A stretch of 64,000 bases of DNA from assembly GCA_963666835.2 (NCBI GenBank), contig CAXXGO010000001.1, positions 256,001-320,000 on the forward strand. Direction: 5' to 3'. Made by a program: the position numbers and the translations under genes. The notes beneath the pieces were generated by a model. The model made no database searches. It worked only from the letters and a program-made list of their open reading frames with translations, and was not told the DNA's origin. Origin of the DNA: Phycisphaerae bacterium. Its GTDB lineage: Bacteria > Planctomycetota > Phycisphaerae > UBA1845. Positions 9,754 through 22,093 of this stretch are shown here, in pieces (within the stretch, counting starts at the first letter, position 1; the number at the start of each line of letters is the position of its first letter).

Positions 9754-9987
9754 TGAAGGACGCTACCCACGCCGCGAGTGCCACGCTGGTGCGCACCCAA
9801 CCCCGAACCGCTCGGACTCATTGTATCCGCCCGGCCGACTTATTCCAAGTGCTACTGTCTAGTTATCGGCCAGAGCGGCGTTTTTTGAACACGCGCAATA
9901 TAGGACGAGCGCGGCGGGGCTCCCGGCAGCGTTGTGCAACTTATGCGCAGCGGGCTTTGGGTGGATGAAGGTTTTTCAGCAGAGGAG

Positions 9988-10016
9988 TTGCATCAACGCC
10001 CGTTTCTCCGCATAAT
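9988..10016 (+). promoter_or_regulatory. Sigma70-type promoter for tRNA-Ala
   Basis: TTGCAT-N17-CATAAT, ending 9 nt before the tRNA. Confidence 0.65.
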
Positions 10017-10025
10017 TCAAGTCGC

Positions 10026-10098
10026 GGGGCCATGGCGCAGTTGGGAGCGCGTCTGCATGGCATGCAGAAGGTCGCGAGTTCGAGTCTCGCTGGCTCCA
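10026..10098 (+). tRNA. tRNA-Ala (GGC), CCA not encoded
   Basis: GGGGCCA/TGGCTCC acceptor stem with G3:U70, anticodon arm TCTGC-ATGGCAT-GCAGA, and T-loop GTTCGAGT. Confidence 0.95.
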
Positions 10099-10320
10099 GT
10101 TGGCGGTATCACGTCGTACGGTTCGTAAACCGGTTCGCCTTCGGGGTATCGGTGCGCCCAGGCGGTGGCGAGTGTCCTTGAGGACGAGAAGCCCGCCTCT
10201 GAGGCAAGCTGCGGCACGCTGATCGCGTTTTCGGCATGCAGAAACGACCCCGCTCAGCCGCAGGCCAGGCGGGGTCGTTGTGTCGTTCTCCGATTCCGGC
10301 CGCGGCCGGATCGCGTGCGG

Positions 10321-12366
10321 TTATGGGCAGTTCTGAGGCACGGTTGCCCCGCTCCAGACGTCGTAATCGTGGGCTCCGTTCAGCAGGTCGATCAGCCGGA
10401 GCAGGTCCTGCGAGTCGGCCGATCCGCTACGGTTGATGTCGGCCTCGCGCAACGTGCATGCGGCTCCGTTCAGGCAATCGACAAGGTGACCGATATCGGA
10501 CGAATCGGTGACCATACTCCCATCGGCGTCGCCGGGAAGCGCGAACAAGTAATCAGAATAGGTGGCCGGAAGGTCGCTTGTGTAGGTAACGCGGGTCAGA
10601 GCGCCGGGGGTAATCGGCCGGTCCAGTTGGATGGTGTAGGCGTCCACGCCGTGGTCGATGATCCGGGCGAAGTCGTTCTCCATGCCAGTGTTATCCGTCT
10701 CGCAGAGTGACCAACAGACATCGCGTGCGCCGGAGGGGGCGTCGACCAGAACGGTCGCGATGCCCTGAGGGGTTGTAGCGTCGAAGATCGGGTGCGGTTG
10801 ACCCGGGTCTACGGTGCCGTCTTCCGGGCTCACCCAGGTGACGGAACCATCGAGGCAATCTCCGCAGATATTCGTGCAGAGCACCGCTGCTCCGCAACCG
10901 CTATCGTTGTAGCCCGTTCCGGCACAATACTCGTCCCATCCGTAGCCGGGGTCACAGCATGCCGGATCGCACGAGCACACCTTCGCGCAACACTCGTCGT
11001 CTCCGCAGGCCGGGCGATAGTCGCGTCCCGAGCCCGAATCCGGCTCACAGCAGGACCAATCCGCCGCGTCAGACGGGGGTGTTCCACAAGAATCGAACGC
11101 CATGCCAAGACAGAATGCCAGGTCGTTGACTTCGACGTCGTCCGTATCATAGCCATCCGGCGGAGTTGACGGGATCGGTGGAGTGGCTTCTGGATCGCCG
11201 ATAGTCCCGTCCTGCAGCGACGAGACGTCACCGCCCAAACCCCACCACCAATACCAGGCGTTCAGATTAATGCCGTTGTTGTTGACAATCTCGAGCCAGT
11301 AGCATTGTCCGGCCACTACGGGAACGGCCGCGTGCGTGGCGCAATACTCGAAGATTGGAAACGTGATTCCGGTTCCGGTGTTAACCGGGCCGTCGACCAA
11401 CAGGGTCGGGGTGGTCGCCTCCTGGATAAACGGACCCGCGAGCAGATCGCCGGGCAAACCGTTGTTGTCTTTGTAGTAGCGCACTTCGAACGCGTCGTCA
11501 CTGGGCGTGTCGAGGTGGTAGCCGCCCCACCAGCAGAGGTTCACGATCTCACCGTCGTCCGACGGACTGAAGTCGTCTGCCGCGATCAAGTTCGCAAAAT
11601 CGCTGCCGTTTCCATTGTAGAAGTAAGGCACTTGGCACTGTGGCGCGGCGGGGTACTGTTCGCCCAATGCGTCCCACGCAGAAATAGAGAAGGTCCCGGA
11701 ACCCGGGCTGGCCGGGGGACTCCCTGCGTACGTACCGATGCGCAGAAGATAGCTTCGACCTTCCTGGGCCAAGAACACGACGGTGGATTGGGCGTCGTTA
11801 TCGCTCACGCAAGCGAGGTCGTCGTCATCGCAACCGAGTGGAAAGAGCCTTCCGTCCGTGGGTGGGCAGGTGCAGCCGTTATAGACGGCGATCTTCGTGT
11901 CGATTGTGGTTCCGCCGCAAGTCGATACCTGGACCGCCCCCGTATGATCGGAATCCCAGCAGAACCAAACGTCGTTAGCGATCGCCCCGCTTGTGTCGTA
12001 GTCCACTTGGCAACGGGCGTGCTCCGGGCCGTCTTCCGTGGCACCTATGTTATTGAACGGAAACGCTCCGAGACCAGCGATCGGCGTCGCGTTCGCGCAA
12101 TCATCGTTGACCGGTGCTTCGGTTATCCCGCGGGTTGCCGCAATTGCGCCGCTGCCGGCCGGGCTGGTCTTCTGCCCGGTCGCGACGGTGCTCTTCGTGG
12201 TCGGCGCCACGCCGCGTTGGACGATGCTCCTCTTTGAGGCCGGGAAGTCTACAGTACGTCCGGCGACTACTTCGGAATCCCGGCTGCCGTCTTCGGCGGA
12301 CCACACGGCCGGCACGCTGACGGTAAGCACCAACACGCCGCAGAACCACCTATAACCTGAGAACAT
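10321..12366 (-). CDS. Secreted Cys-rich protein with C-terminal dockerin-like duplicated EF-hand
   Basis: Signal peptide, PVNDDCANATPI and DTKIAVY module, Cys-rich CCAKVCSCDPACC segment, and GDADGS.../ADINRSG... pair. GAGGTG RBS. Confidence 0.75.
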   Translation of the reverse strand: MFSGYRWFCGVLVLTVSVPAVWSAEDGSRDSEVVAGRTVDFPASKRSIVQRGVAPTTKSTVATGQKTSPAGSGAIAATRGITEAPVNDDCANATPIAGLGAFPFNNIGATEDGPEHARCQVDYDTSGAIANDVWFCWDSDHTGAVQVSTCGGTTIDTKIAVYNGCTCPPTDGRLFPLGCDDDDLACVSDNDAQSTVVFLAQEGRSYLLRIGTYAGSPPASPGSGTFSISAWDALGEQYPAAPQCQVPYFYNGNGSDFANLIAADDFSPSDDGEIVNLCWWGGYHLDTPSDDAFEVRYYKDNNGLPGDLLAGPFIQEATTPTLLVDGPVNTGTGITFPIFEYCATHAAVPVVAGQCYWLEIVNNNGINLNAWYWWWGLGGDVSSLQDGTIGDPEATPPIPSTPPDGYDTDDVEVNDLAFCLGMAFDSCGTPPSDAADWSCCEPDSGSGRDYRPACGDDECCAKVCSCDPACCDPGYGWDEYCAGTGYNDSGCGAAVLCTNICGDCLDGSVTWVSPEDGTVDPGQPHPIFDATTPQGIATVLVDAPSGARDVCWSLCETDNTGMENDFARIIDHGVDAYTIQLDRPITPGALTRVTYTSDLPATYSDYLFALPGDADGSMVTDSSDIGHLVDCLNGAACTLREADINRSGSADSQDLLRLIDLLNGAHDYDVWSGATVPQNCP

Positions 12367-12835
12367 GTTTATCACCTCACTGTGTAAGGGGGGACGGTTG
12401 CCGTGGATTCCGCACTACCGGCGCAGATTCTCCCCTTGGTGCCAGATGAACGCCCCTTCGCGACCCCGCTGCCCCCATGACAGCCCCTCCGAAACCGTCT
12501 GGGTTGATAATAGGTTGCGCATTTGCGCAGACCACATCACACCCAGCATGTAACCAGTATATAAAACGGGCAACCGCCCATCAAATTAGGCAAGAATCGC
12601 CTGCTTGGAGCGGCCCGATAGCGATTTCTAACGGATGTTTTCGCTGGACACCTTAATCGCGAGCGGTATGGCTACGTCATCATTATTAGGGCGTTGGCGC
12701 CGGAGTCGGGTGCGACGGGCGATCGGCGTGGGCCGGGGGGCGGAGGTCCGGTTGGACTGGCGACGATGTTCGCCTATGCTCCGCGTCGCAGGATGAACTT
12801 CGATATTCACGGGCGGTCTTTCGGTCGTCTCAGCG

Positions 12836-13783
12836 TTGGCGGTCAATCACAGTGACGGGGGCCATCCCCCAACCGAAAGGTGTTCGGTGAGTAACCAGGC
12901 AGGTGATCTTCTCAGCAATCGATCGACGTGGGGCGCCCGAGTCCAGATAGCCGTTGCGATTGCCCTGGCGAGCATCTACGCGGTGGTGTTCGTGGCGAGG
13001 CCGGTGAGCTGGTGGCCTGCCGGTTTGCGGCACGTCAACCTCAAAGTGGTCAGGTGGATCTATGAGCACATCAGGGCCGTCTTGGATGCGGTCGGGGTCA
13101 CGGAAGCCCGGCACGAGTGGGAGGCAGGGGCTTTTCTCGTTCTGGTTACCGGGGTCATACCGTTCGTGGTGATGGCGCTGCAGGGGCGGTGGCGTTTGTC
13201 GGAACTGGGTCTGCGTTGCCCCAACCGTGTGGGCTGGAGAGTGGTTTGCGTCGGCTATTTGCTATCGCTGCCGCTTCTGTGGTGGATGGTGCAAAGCCCG
13301 GGGTTTGCGGAATACTACCTGGACCCATTCCGGCAGACGACACCGGCGGCGTTCTTTTCGTTTTATGCGTCGAACATGCTCGGGGAGCATTTCCTTTTCC
13401 ACGGGGTGTTGTTGGCGGCTTGCCGGTATGGACGTCGCTGGCCTGCGCCGGTGCCGATTGCATGCGGTGCCTCCGGACGGATGGGCCGGATTCTGCAATG
13501 GGTTGGGCTTGCTCAACCGACGGGTCAAGCGCGGGGGTTGCCGCGCATCGTCAATTGGCTTGGCTTGGCGCCGGGTTGCCTGCCGGCGATCTGTACGTCT
13601 GCGATTCTGTTCGGCGTGATCCACATCGGGAAGGACCCGCGCGAGATGTTGCTTTCTTTGCCGGGCGGGTTCGCTTTGGCATACATGGCCTACCGCACAA
13701 ACAGTTGGCTGACGCCGCTGATTCTCCACCTGGCCACCGCCGGCACGGCATTTGCGGCGGTTGTGTTGATGCAACAGTCGTAG
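12836..13783 (+). CDS. CPBP (CAAX/Abi) family intramembrane glutamic endopeptidase
   Basis: Multi-TM protein with GEHFLFHG, FGVIH and PLILH motifs. Start uncertain (possibly GTG 12887). Confidence 0.75.
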   Translation: MAVNHSDGGHPPTERCSVSNQAGDLLSNRSTWGARVQIAVAIALASIYAVVFVARPVSWWPAGLRHVNLKVVRWIYEHIRAVLDAVGVTEARHEWEAGAFLVLVTGVIPFVVMALQGRWRLSELGLRCPNRVGWRVVCVGYLLSLPLLWWMVQSPGFAEYYLDPFRQTTPAAFFSFYASNMLGEHFLFHGVLLAACRYGRRWPAPVPIACGASGRMGRILQWVGLAQPTGQARGLPRIVNWLGLAPGCLPAICTSAILFGVIHIGKDPREMLLSLPGGFALAYMAYRTNSWLTPLILHLATAGTAFAAVVLMQQS

Positions 13784-13812
13784 CGGGTCAAGGGCGGCGG
13801 ATTGCACACAAG

Positions 13813-15441
13813 TCAATGCGGGCCGGTGAATTCCGTCGGTGTTTCGCGCCGGCCGGACCCCCAGAGCCCGAGCCCGGCAAACACGACTGCCACCAGCACA
13901 TAGCCGATAGCGATATCATACGCCCGGTACGCCACTGCGTCCGGAGCCGCGGCGACCCAAACGAGCAGATAATCCGCGTTGTTGCCGACCAACTGATATG
14001 AGTGACACAGGCCCAGCACTGTGACCGCGGCACCGACGAGAGACCAAACCGCGGCGCCAATGAACCGCCGATCGATCAGGCATGCGCAGACGGCCGCCAG
14101 CACCATACAGGTGAAGATGTACCCCCGTTCGAGCACGATCAGTCCGTGCAGCAGGAACCCGTTCACTTCGGCTCCGGCTCCCGACTCCAGAAGGGCCTGG
14201 ATCGTCTCTCCCTTCGCGGCGTCGAACGCGCCCATCACCACCGTTGCCCCCCATGCCGCGATTGCGGGGAACAGACCCAGAGCAACGGCGGGAGCGTGCT
14301 TGAGCGGAGAGGCCTGGAACGCCTGCGCGGTGATGATGATGCCGATCCACAGGACGATGGCCATGCCTGCTTCGATGGGAACCATGGTGTCTACCAGGGC
14401 GACCGCGCCGGTCAGGCAGATCCCCGCTACGACCATGCCGTTCAGTGCGGAGTACCCGGTCCGAGCCCCGAGCCCTTTCCATCCGGGATGCCCGATGTAG
14501 ATAGTGGTGGGGAAGCAGCTTCCGAACAGAGCGGCGACTATCGTACCGATTCCGTTGGCGGATAGTGACGATCTTGCGTCATAGCTATCGCCGGCCGCCT
14601 CGGCGGATTCGATGTTCTGCAGGCTGCCGATGACGTTGAAGAGGCCCATTGGCACAATCACCGAGACGAAACGCAGCCACTGCTCGGCCGGGAGCCGAAA
14701 AACGGAAAAAAGAGCGTGGCCGGACCAGACAGGCCAGTGCCATCCGGCTTCACTCCAGGCTTGGCCGACGCTAGCCCAGGCCATGCCGCGCCCCGTCCAT
14801 TCCTGCGGAAGCAGCCACGCCAGCAGGGTACCGAGCAGGATTGCCAGGAAACCGCCGGGAATCCCGAGAGGAAAACGTACACCCGCGAAGTACGTAACCA
14901 GGACCACGGCCATGGGGACCAGGGCGATAAGTGGTCCGGACCAGATCTTGACCACGAAGACCATCGAGATGAACCCGATAGCGATCCCGGCCAGGGTCGA
15001 CAGCAGGGCCGCCCGCGGGGTGCGGCGTCGGATGCTCTCGGCGGCGAAGGCCCCGAGGAATTCGATCACTCCGCTTCCCAAGCAGGCGAGCAATCCCATT
15101 CGCCATGCCAGCTCGGCGTCACCGCTCTCGCGATACACCGGCGCGATTACGAAAAAGACGTACACGAGCAACGACGGCGTGTTGATCCCGTAAGGCAAGG
15201 CGGTAACGTCGGTCCGGCCGTTGCGTGCCGCCATGCGCCGAGCCTGCCAAGTGTAGAAGACGTTTCCTACCAGGATCGAGACGGCCGCTCCGGGCAGAAT
15301 CCGGGCGTACAACAGATATGCGGCATCCCCGCTCATCCCGCACAGCGCGCCACAGAGAGCCACGATGAGCAGGAGCTGAACGAGGTTGTCAACGAAGAGG
15401 CCGAAGAACCCGTCGAGATCTCGCCGAACGAAGAGTGGCAT
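13813..15441 (-). CDS. NCS2/AzgA-like permease
   Basis: [26 protein letters not shown] and [18 protein letters not shown] motifs; many TMs. Confidence 0.85.
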   Translation of the reverse strand: MPLFVRRDLDGFFGLFVDNLVQLLLIVALCGALCGMSGDAAYLLYARILPGAAVSILVGNVFYTWQARRMAARNGRTDVTALPYGINTPSLLVYVFFVIAPVYRESGDAELAWRMGLLACLGSGVIEFLGAFAAESIRRRTPRAALLSTLAGIAIGFISMVFVVKIWSGPLIALVPMAVVLVTYFAGVRFPLGIPGGFLAILLGTLLAWLLPQEWTGRGMAWASVGQAWSEAGWHWPVWSGHALFSVFRLPAEQWLRFVSVIVPMGLFNVIGSLQNIESAEAAGDSYDARSSLSANGIGTIVAALFGSCFPTTIYIGHPGWKGLGARTGYSALNGMVVAGICLTGAVALVDTMVPIEAGMAIVLWIGIIITAQAFQASPLKHAPAVALGLFPAIAAWGATVVMGAFDAAKGETIQALLESGAGAEVNGFLLHGLIVLERGYIFTCMVLAAVCACLIDRRFIGAAVWSLVGAAVTVLGLCHSYQLVGNNADYLLVWVAAAPDAVAYRAYDIAIGYVLVAVVFAGLGLWGSGRRETPTEFTGPH

Positions 15442-15489
15442 AGTCCCTGGAGCCTAAGCGGCGAGGGCGTTCGTGTCCAGCCGGGGCAG

Positions 15490-15538
15490 AAAGAGAGAGG
15501 GGAGCGACTCCCCGCAACGCGGGACGCCGCCCCCCTCC
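15490..15538 (-). terminator. Putative intrinsic terminator after the giant repeat gene
   Basis: Long GC hairpin GAGGGGGGCGGCGTCCCGC...GCGGGGAGTCGCTCCCCCTC followed by a pyrimidine tract. Confidence 0.5.
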
Positions 15539-15583
15539 TATTTTAATGCCCAGTCCCCAAGAACCGGACGAGGCTATGTGGGC

Positions 15584-18500
15584 TTAACGCGCTTTCTGCG
15601 CGATCAACTGCGAGACCCGCTGCCGGCTGAAGAGGATCTTGCCGGCCGTCAGCAGCAGCAATGCCAGGACCGCCAACCCCCACTCTGACGTCGTGGGAAT
15701 CGCATACACGCAATCCTCTTCGTCGATGACTCCGTCCTCGTTGAAGTCCGATTCAGGATCGCGATGCCCGCATCCGCAAATCCCCGGCACGACCTTGTGG
15801 CGGTCGAGCGGGCACTCCTCCAGGCAGTCGGCCATCCCGTCGAAGTCGCGGTCGATGTCCCAGACCCCACATCCGCAGATTCCCGCCACGATCTTGTTCT
15901 CATCGTTCGGGCAGAGCTCCTGACAGTTTGGAATACCATCACCGTCGGAATCGGCATCCGAGACGCCGCAGCCGCAGATACCCGGACTCGTCTTGTGCGG
16001 ATCGAAGATGCACAGTTCCGCACAGTCGGGCAGTGCATCGCCGTCGGTGTTCGTATCAGGCTGGCCGCACCCGCAGTACCCCGGTGAGGTCTTGTCGGGA
16101 TCGTCCGGGCAACCGTCATTGCAGTCAGCCCTTCCGTCACCGTCGGAATCGGTATCCAGGTTCCCACAGCCGCACTGCCCTGGCTCAACCTTGTCCGGGT
16201 CGTTCGGGCAGTTGTCATTGCAGTCGGCGACGCCATCGTTGTCGGTGTCCGTGTCCAGCACACCGCATCCGCAGATTCCCGGTTCAGTCTTGGCGGGATC
16301 GCTCGGGCAGCCGTCGTTGCAGTCGGCAACGCCGTCCTCGTCCGTATCGGTATCCGCCACACCACAGCCGCAGATGCCGGGATCGACCTTGTCCGGGTCT
16401 TCCAGGCAATTGTCGTTGCAGTCGGCAACGCCGTCCTCGTCGGTATCAGTGTCGGCGACTCCGCAGCCGCAGATTCCCGGCGCGGTCTTGTAGGGGTCAT
16501 CCGGGCAACCGTCGTTGCAGTCGGCAACGCCGTCCTCGTCGGTATCAGTGTCGGCAACCCCGCAGCCACAGATTCCCGGCGCGATCTTGTCAGGATCCTC
16601 CGGACAGCCGTCATTGCAGTCGGCGACGCCATCGCTATCGGTATCGGTGTCGGGAGTCCCGCAGCCGCACTGCCCCGGCTCGACCTTGTCCGGATCCTCC
16701 GGGCAGTTGTCGTTGCAGTCGGCAACGCCGTCATTGTCGGTATCCGTGTCGGCAACTCCGCAGCCACACTGCCCCGGCTCGATCTTATCCGGATCCTCCG
16801 GGCAGGCGTCGTTGCAGTCGGCAACACCGTCGTTGTCGGTGTCGGTATCAGCAACCCCGCAGCCACAGATACCCGGCTCGATCTTATCCGGATCCTCCGG
16901 GCAGCCGTCGTTGCAGTCGGCAACACCGTCGTTGTCGGTGTCCGTGTCGGCGACTCCGCACCCGCAGATTCCCGGTGCGATCTTGTACGGGTCGTCCGGG
17001 CAGCCGTCGTTGCAGTCGGCAGTTCCGTCGTTGTCCGAGTCGGTATCGGCAACTCCGCACCCGCAGATTCCCGGTGCGATCTTGTACGGGTCGTCCGGGC
17101 AGCCGTCGTTGCAGTCGGCAGTTCCGTCGTTGTCCGAGTCGGTATCGGCGACTCCGCAGCCGCAGATTCCCGGCGCGATCTTGTACGGGTCATCCGGGCA
17201 GCCGTCGTTGCAGTCGGCAGTTCCGTCGTTGTCCGAGTCGGTGTCGGCAACTCCGCAACCACAGATTCCCGGCGCGATCTTGTCCGGGTCATCCGGGCAG
17301 CCGTCGTTGCAGTCGGCGGTGCCGTCGTTGTCCGAGTCGGTGTCGGCAACCCCGCAACCACAGATTCCCGGTTCCGTCTTGTTCACGTCGTCCGGGCAGC
17401 CATCGTGGCAATCGGCGGTGCCATCGTTGTCAGAGTCGGTATCGGCAACCCCGCAACCACAGATTCCCGGTTCGGTCTTGTCTGGGTCGTCCGGGCAGCC
17501 ATCGTGGCAATCGGCGACACCGTCGTTGTCGGTGTCGGTATCGGCGACCCCGCAATCACAGATCCCCGGTTCGGTCTTGTTTGGATCGTCCGGGCAGTCG
17601 TCGTTGCAGTCGGCGACGCCGTCGTTGTCAGAGTCGGTGTCGGCAACTCCGCACCCGCAAATACCCGGCTCGGTCTTGTTCGGATCGGCCGGGCAGTTGT
17701 CGTTGCAGTCGGCGACGCCGTCGTTGTCGGAATCGGTATCGGCGACCCCGCAGCCACAGACGCCCGGCTCAGTCTTGTACGGATCGGTCGGGCAACCGTC
17801 ATTACAGTCGAGTGTGCCGTCGTTGTCTGTGTCGACGTCGGGAGTCCCGCAACCGCAGACGCCCGGCTCGGTCTTATTCGGGTCGGTCGGGCAATCGTCG
17901 TTGCAGTCCAACGTGCCGTCGTTGTCCGTATCGTCGTCCGGAGTCCCGCAACCGCAGACGCCCGGCTCGGTCTTATTCGGGTCGGTCGGGCAGTTGTCGT
18001 TGCAGTCGGCCGTGCCGTCGTTATCCGAATCCGTATCGGCGATCCCACAGCCGCACTGTCCCGGTTCGGTTTTGTCCGGATCGGTCGGGCAGTTGTCGTT
18101 GCAGTCCAACGTGCCGTCGTTGTCCGTATCGTCGTCCGGAGTTCCGCAACCGCAGACACCCGGCTCGATCTTGTTCGGGTCGTCCGGGCAATTGTCGTCG
18201 CAGTCCGGCGTACCATCGTTATCCGTATCGGTGTCGGCGACGCCGCAGCCGCACAGGCCCGGCTCGATCTTATTGGGATCGTTCGGGCAGTTGTCGTTGC
18301 AGTCCGGAGTGCCGTCGTTGTCCGTATCCGTATCCGCTACGCCACAACCGCAGATGCCCGGCTCAATCTTGTCCGGATCTTCTGGGCAGTTGTCGTTGCA
18401 GTCCAACGTTCCGTCGTTGTCCGTATCGTCGTCGGGAGTTCCGCAACCGCAGACACCCGGCTCGATCTTGTTCGGATCGTTCGGGCAGTTGTCATTGCAG

Positions 18501-21500
18501 TCCAAGGTCCCGTCGTTGTCCGTGTCGTCGTCCGGAGTTCCGCAACCGCAGACACCCGGCTCGATCTTGTTCGGATCGGTCGGGCAGTTGTCGTTGCAGT
18601 CCAGCGTCCCGTCGTTGTCCGTGTCGTCGTCCGGAGTTCCGCAACCGCAGACACCCGGCTCGGTCTTGTTCGGATCGTTCGGGCAGTTGTCGTTGCAGTC
18701 CAGCGTCCCGTCGTTGTCCGTGTCAGTGTCCGGAGTTCCGCAACCGCAGACGCCCGGCTCGGTCTTGTTCGGATCGTTCGGGCAGTTGTCGTTACAGTCG
18801 GCAGTGCCGTCGTTATCCGTATCAGTGTCGGGAGTTCCGCAACCGCAGACGCCCGGGGCGGTCTTGTTCGGATCGGTCGGGCACTCGTCGACACAGTCCG
18901 GTGTGCCGTCACCGTCATCGTCTTCGTCCGCCACGCCGCAACCGCAGACGCCCGGGGCGATCTTGTTCGGATCGTTAGGGCACAGGTCGTTGCAGTTAGG
19001 CACGCCGTCGTTATCCGTGTCGGTATCCAGGGTGCCACACCCGCAGATTCCCGGTTCGGTCTTGTTCGGATCGTTCGGGCAGTTGTCATTGCAGTCCGGA
19101 GTGCCGTCAGCATCCGTATCCGTATCCGCTACACCACAGCCGCAGATGCCCGGCTCGGTCTTGTCCGGATCGCTCGGGCAGTTGTCGTTGCAGTCGGCCG
19201 TACCGTCGCTGTCGGTGTCAGTGTCGGGCACACCACAACCGCACTGTCCCGGTTCGGTCTTGTCCGGATCGGTGGGGCACCCGTCATTGCAGTCGAGCAC
19301 GGTGTCGGCATCCGTATCCACATCGGCCACACCGCAGCCGCAGACTCCCGGCTCAGTCTTGTCCGGATCGTTCGGGCAGTTGTCGTCGCAGTCGGCCGTA
19401 CCGTCGCTGTCGGAGTCGGTATCGGCCACGCCGCAGCCGCAGATGCCCGGCTCGGTCTTGGCCGGATCGCTCGGGCAGCCGTCGTTGCAGTCGGCCGTGC
19501 CGTCGCTGTCGGAGTCAGTATCGGCCACCCCGCAGCCACAGATGCCCGGCTCGGTCTTGGCCGGATCGCCGGGGCAGTTGTCATTGCAGTCGGCGGTACC
19601 GTCCCCATCGGAGTCGTCGTCGGCCACGCCGCATCCGCAGATGCCCGGCTCGGTCTTGTACGGATCGGTGGGGCACCCGTCATTGCAGTCGAGCACGGTG
19701 TCGGCATCCGTATCCACATCGGCCACCCCGCAACCGCAAACACCCGGCTCGGTCTTGTCCGGATCGGTCGGGCAGTTGTCGTTACAGTCGGCAGTACCGT
19801 CGCTGTCGGTGTCGGTATCAGCCACACCGCAGCCGCAGATGCCTGGTTCCGTCTTGTCCGGGTCGTTCACGCAGCCGTCGTTGCAGTCGGCGGTGCCATC
19901 GCTGTCCGTGTCGGTGTCGGCGACGCCACAGCCACAGACGCCCGGTTCCGTCTTGTCCGGATCGGTCGGGCAGTTGTCGTTGCAGTCGGCAGTGCCATCG
20001 TTGTCTGTATCAGTGTCGGGGGTCCCGCATCCGCAGATGCCCGGCGCGGTCTTGGCCGGATCGCTCGGGCAGCCGTCGTTGCAGTCGGCGGTGCCGTCGC
20101 TGTCGGTGTCGGTGTCAGCTACACCACACCCGCAGATTCCCGGCTCCGTCTTGTCCGGGTCGGTCGGGCAGTTGTCGTTGCAGTCGGCGGTGCCGTCGCT
20201 GTCGGAATCGGTATCGGCTACGCCACATCCGCAGACGCCCGGAGCGGTCTTGTCAGGATCGGCCGGGCAGCCGTCGTTGCAGTCGGCGACGCCGTCGTCG
20301 TCGGAATCGGTATCGGCTACGCCACATCCGCAGACGCCCGGAGCGGTCTTGTCAGGATCGGCCGGGCAGCCGTCGTTGCAGTCGGCGACGCCGTCGTCGT
20401 CGGAATCGGTATCGGCTACGCCACATCCGCAGACGCCCGGAGCGGTCTTGTCAGGATCGGCCGGGCAGCCGTCGTTGCAGTCGGCAGTGCCGTCGCTGTC
20501 GGAATCAGTGTCCGCCACTCCACACCCGCAGACACCCGGTGCGATCTTGTCGGGGTCAGCCGGGCAACCGTCGTTACAGTCGGCGGTGCCGTCGCTATCG
20601 GAATCGGTATCCGCCACCCCGCATCCGCAGACACCCGGTGCGATTTTATATGGATCGTCCGGGCAGCCGTCGTTGCAGTCGGCAGTACCGTCGGTGTCGG
20701 AATCGGTATCCGCAATTCCGCATCCGCAGATACCCGGTTCGGTTTTGTTGGGATCATTCGGGCAACCGTCGTTGCAGTCCGCGGTGCCATCGGTATCGGT
20801 GTCGGTGTCTGCGATTCCGCATCCGCAGATGCCGGGCTCGATCTTATCCGGATCGTCCGGGCAGCCGTCGTTGCAGTCGGCGGTGCCATCGCTGTCGGAA
20901 TCGGTATCCGCCACCCCGCATCCGCAGACGCCCGGAGCGGTCTTGTCAGGATCAGCCGGGCAGCCGTCGTTGCAGTCGGCAGTGCCGTCGCTGTCGGAAT
21001 CGGTATCGGCAACGCCGCAACCGCAGATGCCCGGAGCGATCTTGTCGGGATCAGCCGGGCAGCCGTCGTTGCAGTCGGCGGTGCCGTCACTGTCGGAATC
21101 GGTATATCCCGGCCACCCCGCTTATATGGATCGTCCGGGCAGCCGTCGTTGCAGTCCCGGAGCGGTATCGGAATTATCCGCGTCGCAGTCGGCGGTGCCG
21201 TCTGTCGGGGTATCGGCCACCCCGCAACCGCACGCACCCGGAGCGGTTTTGTCGGGATCACTGGGACAACCATCCACGCAATCGGCGGTGCCGTCCTCAT
21301 CCGAGTCAGTGTCTGCGACTCCGCAGCCGCACTGCCCCGGGGCGGTCTTGTTCGGGTCATTCGGACACGTATCCAGGCAGTCGGCGACGGTATCTCCGTC
21401 GCTGTCATCATCGGGCACACCACAGCCGCACTGTCCTGGTGAGGTCTTGTTGGGGTCATCCGGGCAATCGTCGATGATGACCTCGATGATCATATCGTTG

Positions 21501-22093
21501 AAGTCGCGGTCGCCGCCGCCGGCCTGATCGTCCCAGCAAAGCACCCAGGTGGTGCTTGTCGTGTTCCCTCCGGACACGAGATAGGTGATCATGTGGTCCT
21601 TGCCGTCGCTGTTGGCGGACACATCGGACGACCACACACCGGGATTGGTCTGGTCGATCCAACGGAAGACACCTCCGCTGACATCAACTGCGTCCGCGGA
21701 GCCGCTAACGTTGAAATCGGACCCGACGACGTTGAACAAAATGTCGTGGATGCCGTCGCGTTCCCAACCGAAGGCGTGGTTGAAGCCGGCGTACTTCACA
21801 CGCACATCGACGAAGACGACTCCGTCGGTCCAGGACTGATCCGTTCGGCCGGTTATCCCCGGCCCTTGGAGCAGGTCAATCACCAGCCCTTCGTCGGCCG
21901 GCGAAGCGCCGTCCGGAAAGTCGTCGACCCGAGTCAGCGTTTCCCCGTTGGGGTACAACTGAACGAGAATGCTGTTCAGCGTCGGGCTCCCCCCGACGAT
22001 CGGGGTGTTCGCGGCGAGTGCCGGCATTGCCGACACCACAACAAACAACATGCCGACCAAACCGTACGTGCAAAGCGTAGTACATTTCCGCAT
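15584..22093 (-). CDS. Giant (~2150 aa) surface protein: signal peptide, DUF4114-like domain, ~57 Asp/Cys-rich 33-aa TSP3-like repeats, IPTL-CTERM. Frame is broken near 21100-21215.
   Basis: ORFs 21122-22093 and 15584-20914 share the repeat DxDxDGxxDCNDxCPxDPxKxxPGxCGCG. WDDQAGGGDRDFNDMIIEV motif. C-terminus AIPTTSEWGLAVLALLLLTAGKILFSRQR. Confidence 0.85.
15750..21475 (-). repeat. Coding tandem repeat, 99-bp unit
   Basis: Period 99 nt (e.g. 20281 vs 20380), with several near-identical adjacent units. Confidence 0.95.

Noticed and set aside
15928..21527. Very long + strand ORFs (1016, 1670, 1345 aa)
   Set aside because: They are antisense shadows of the 99-bp coding repeat.
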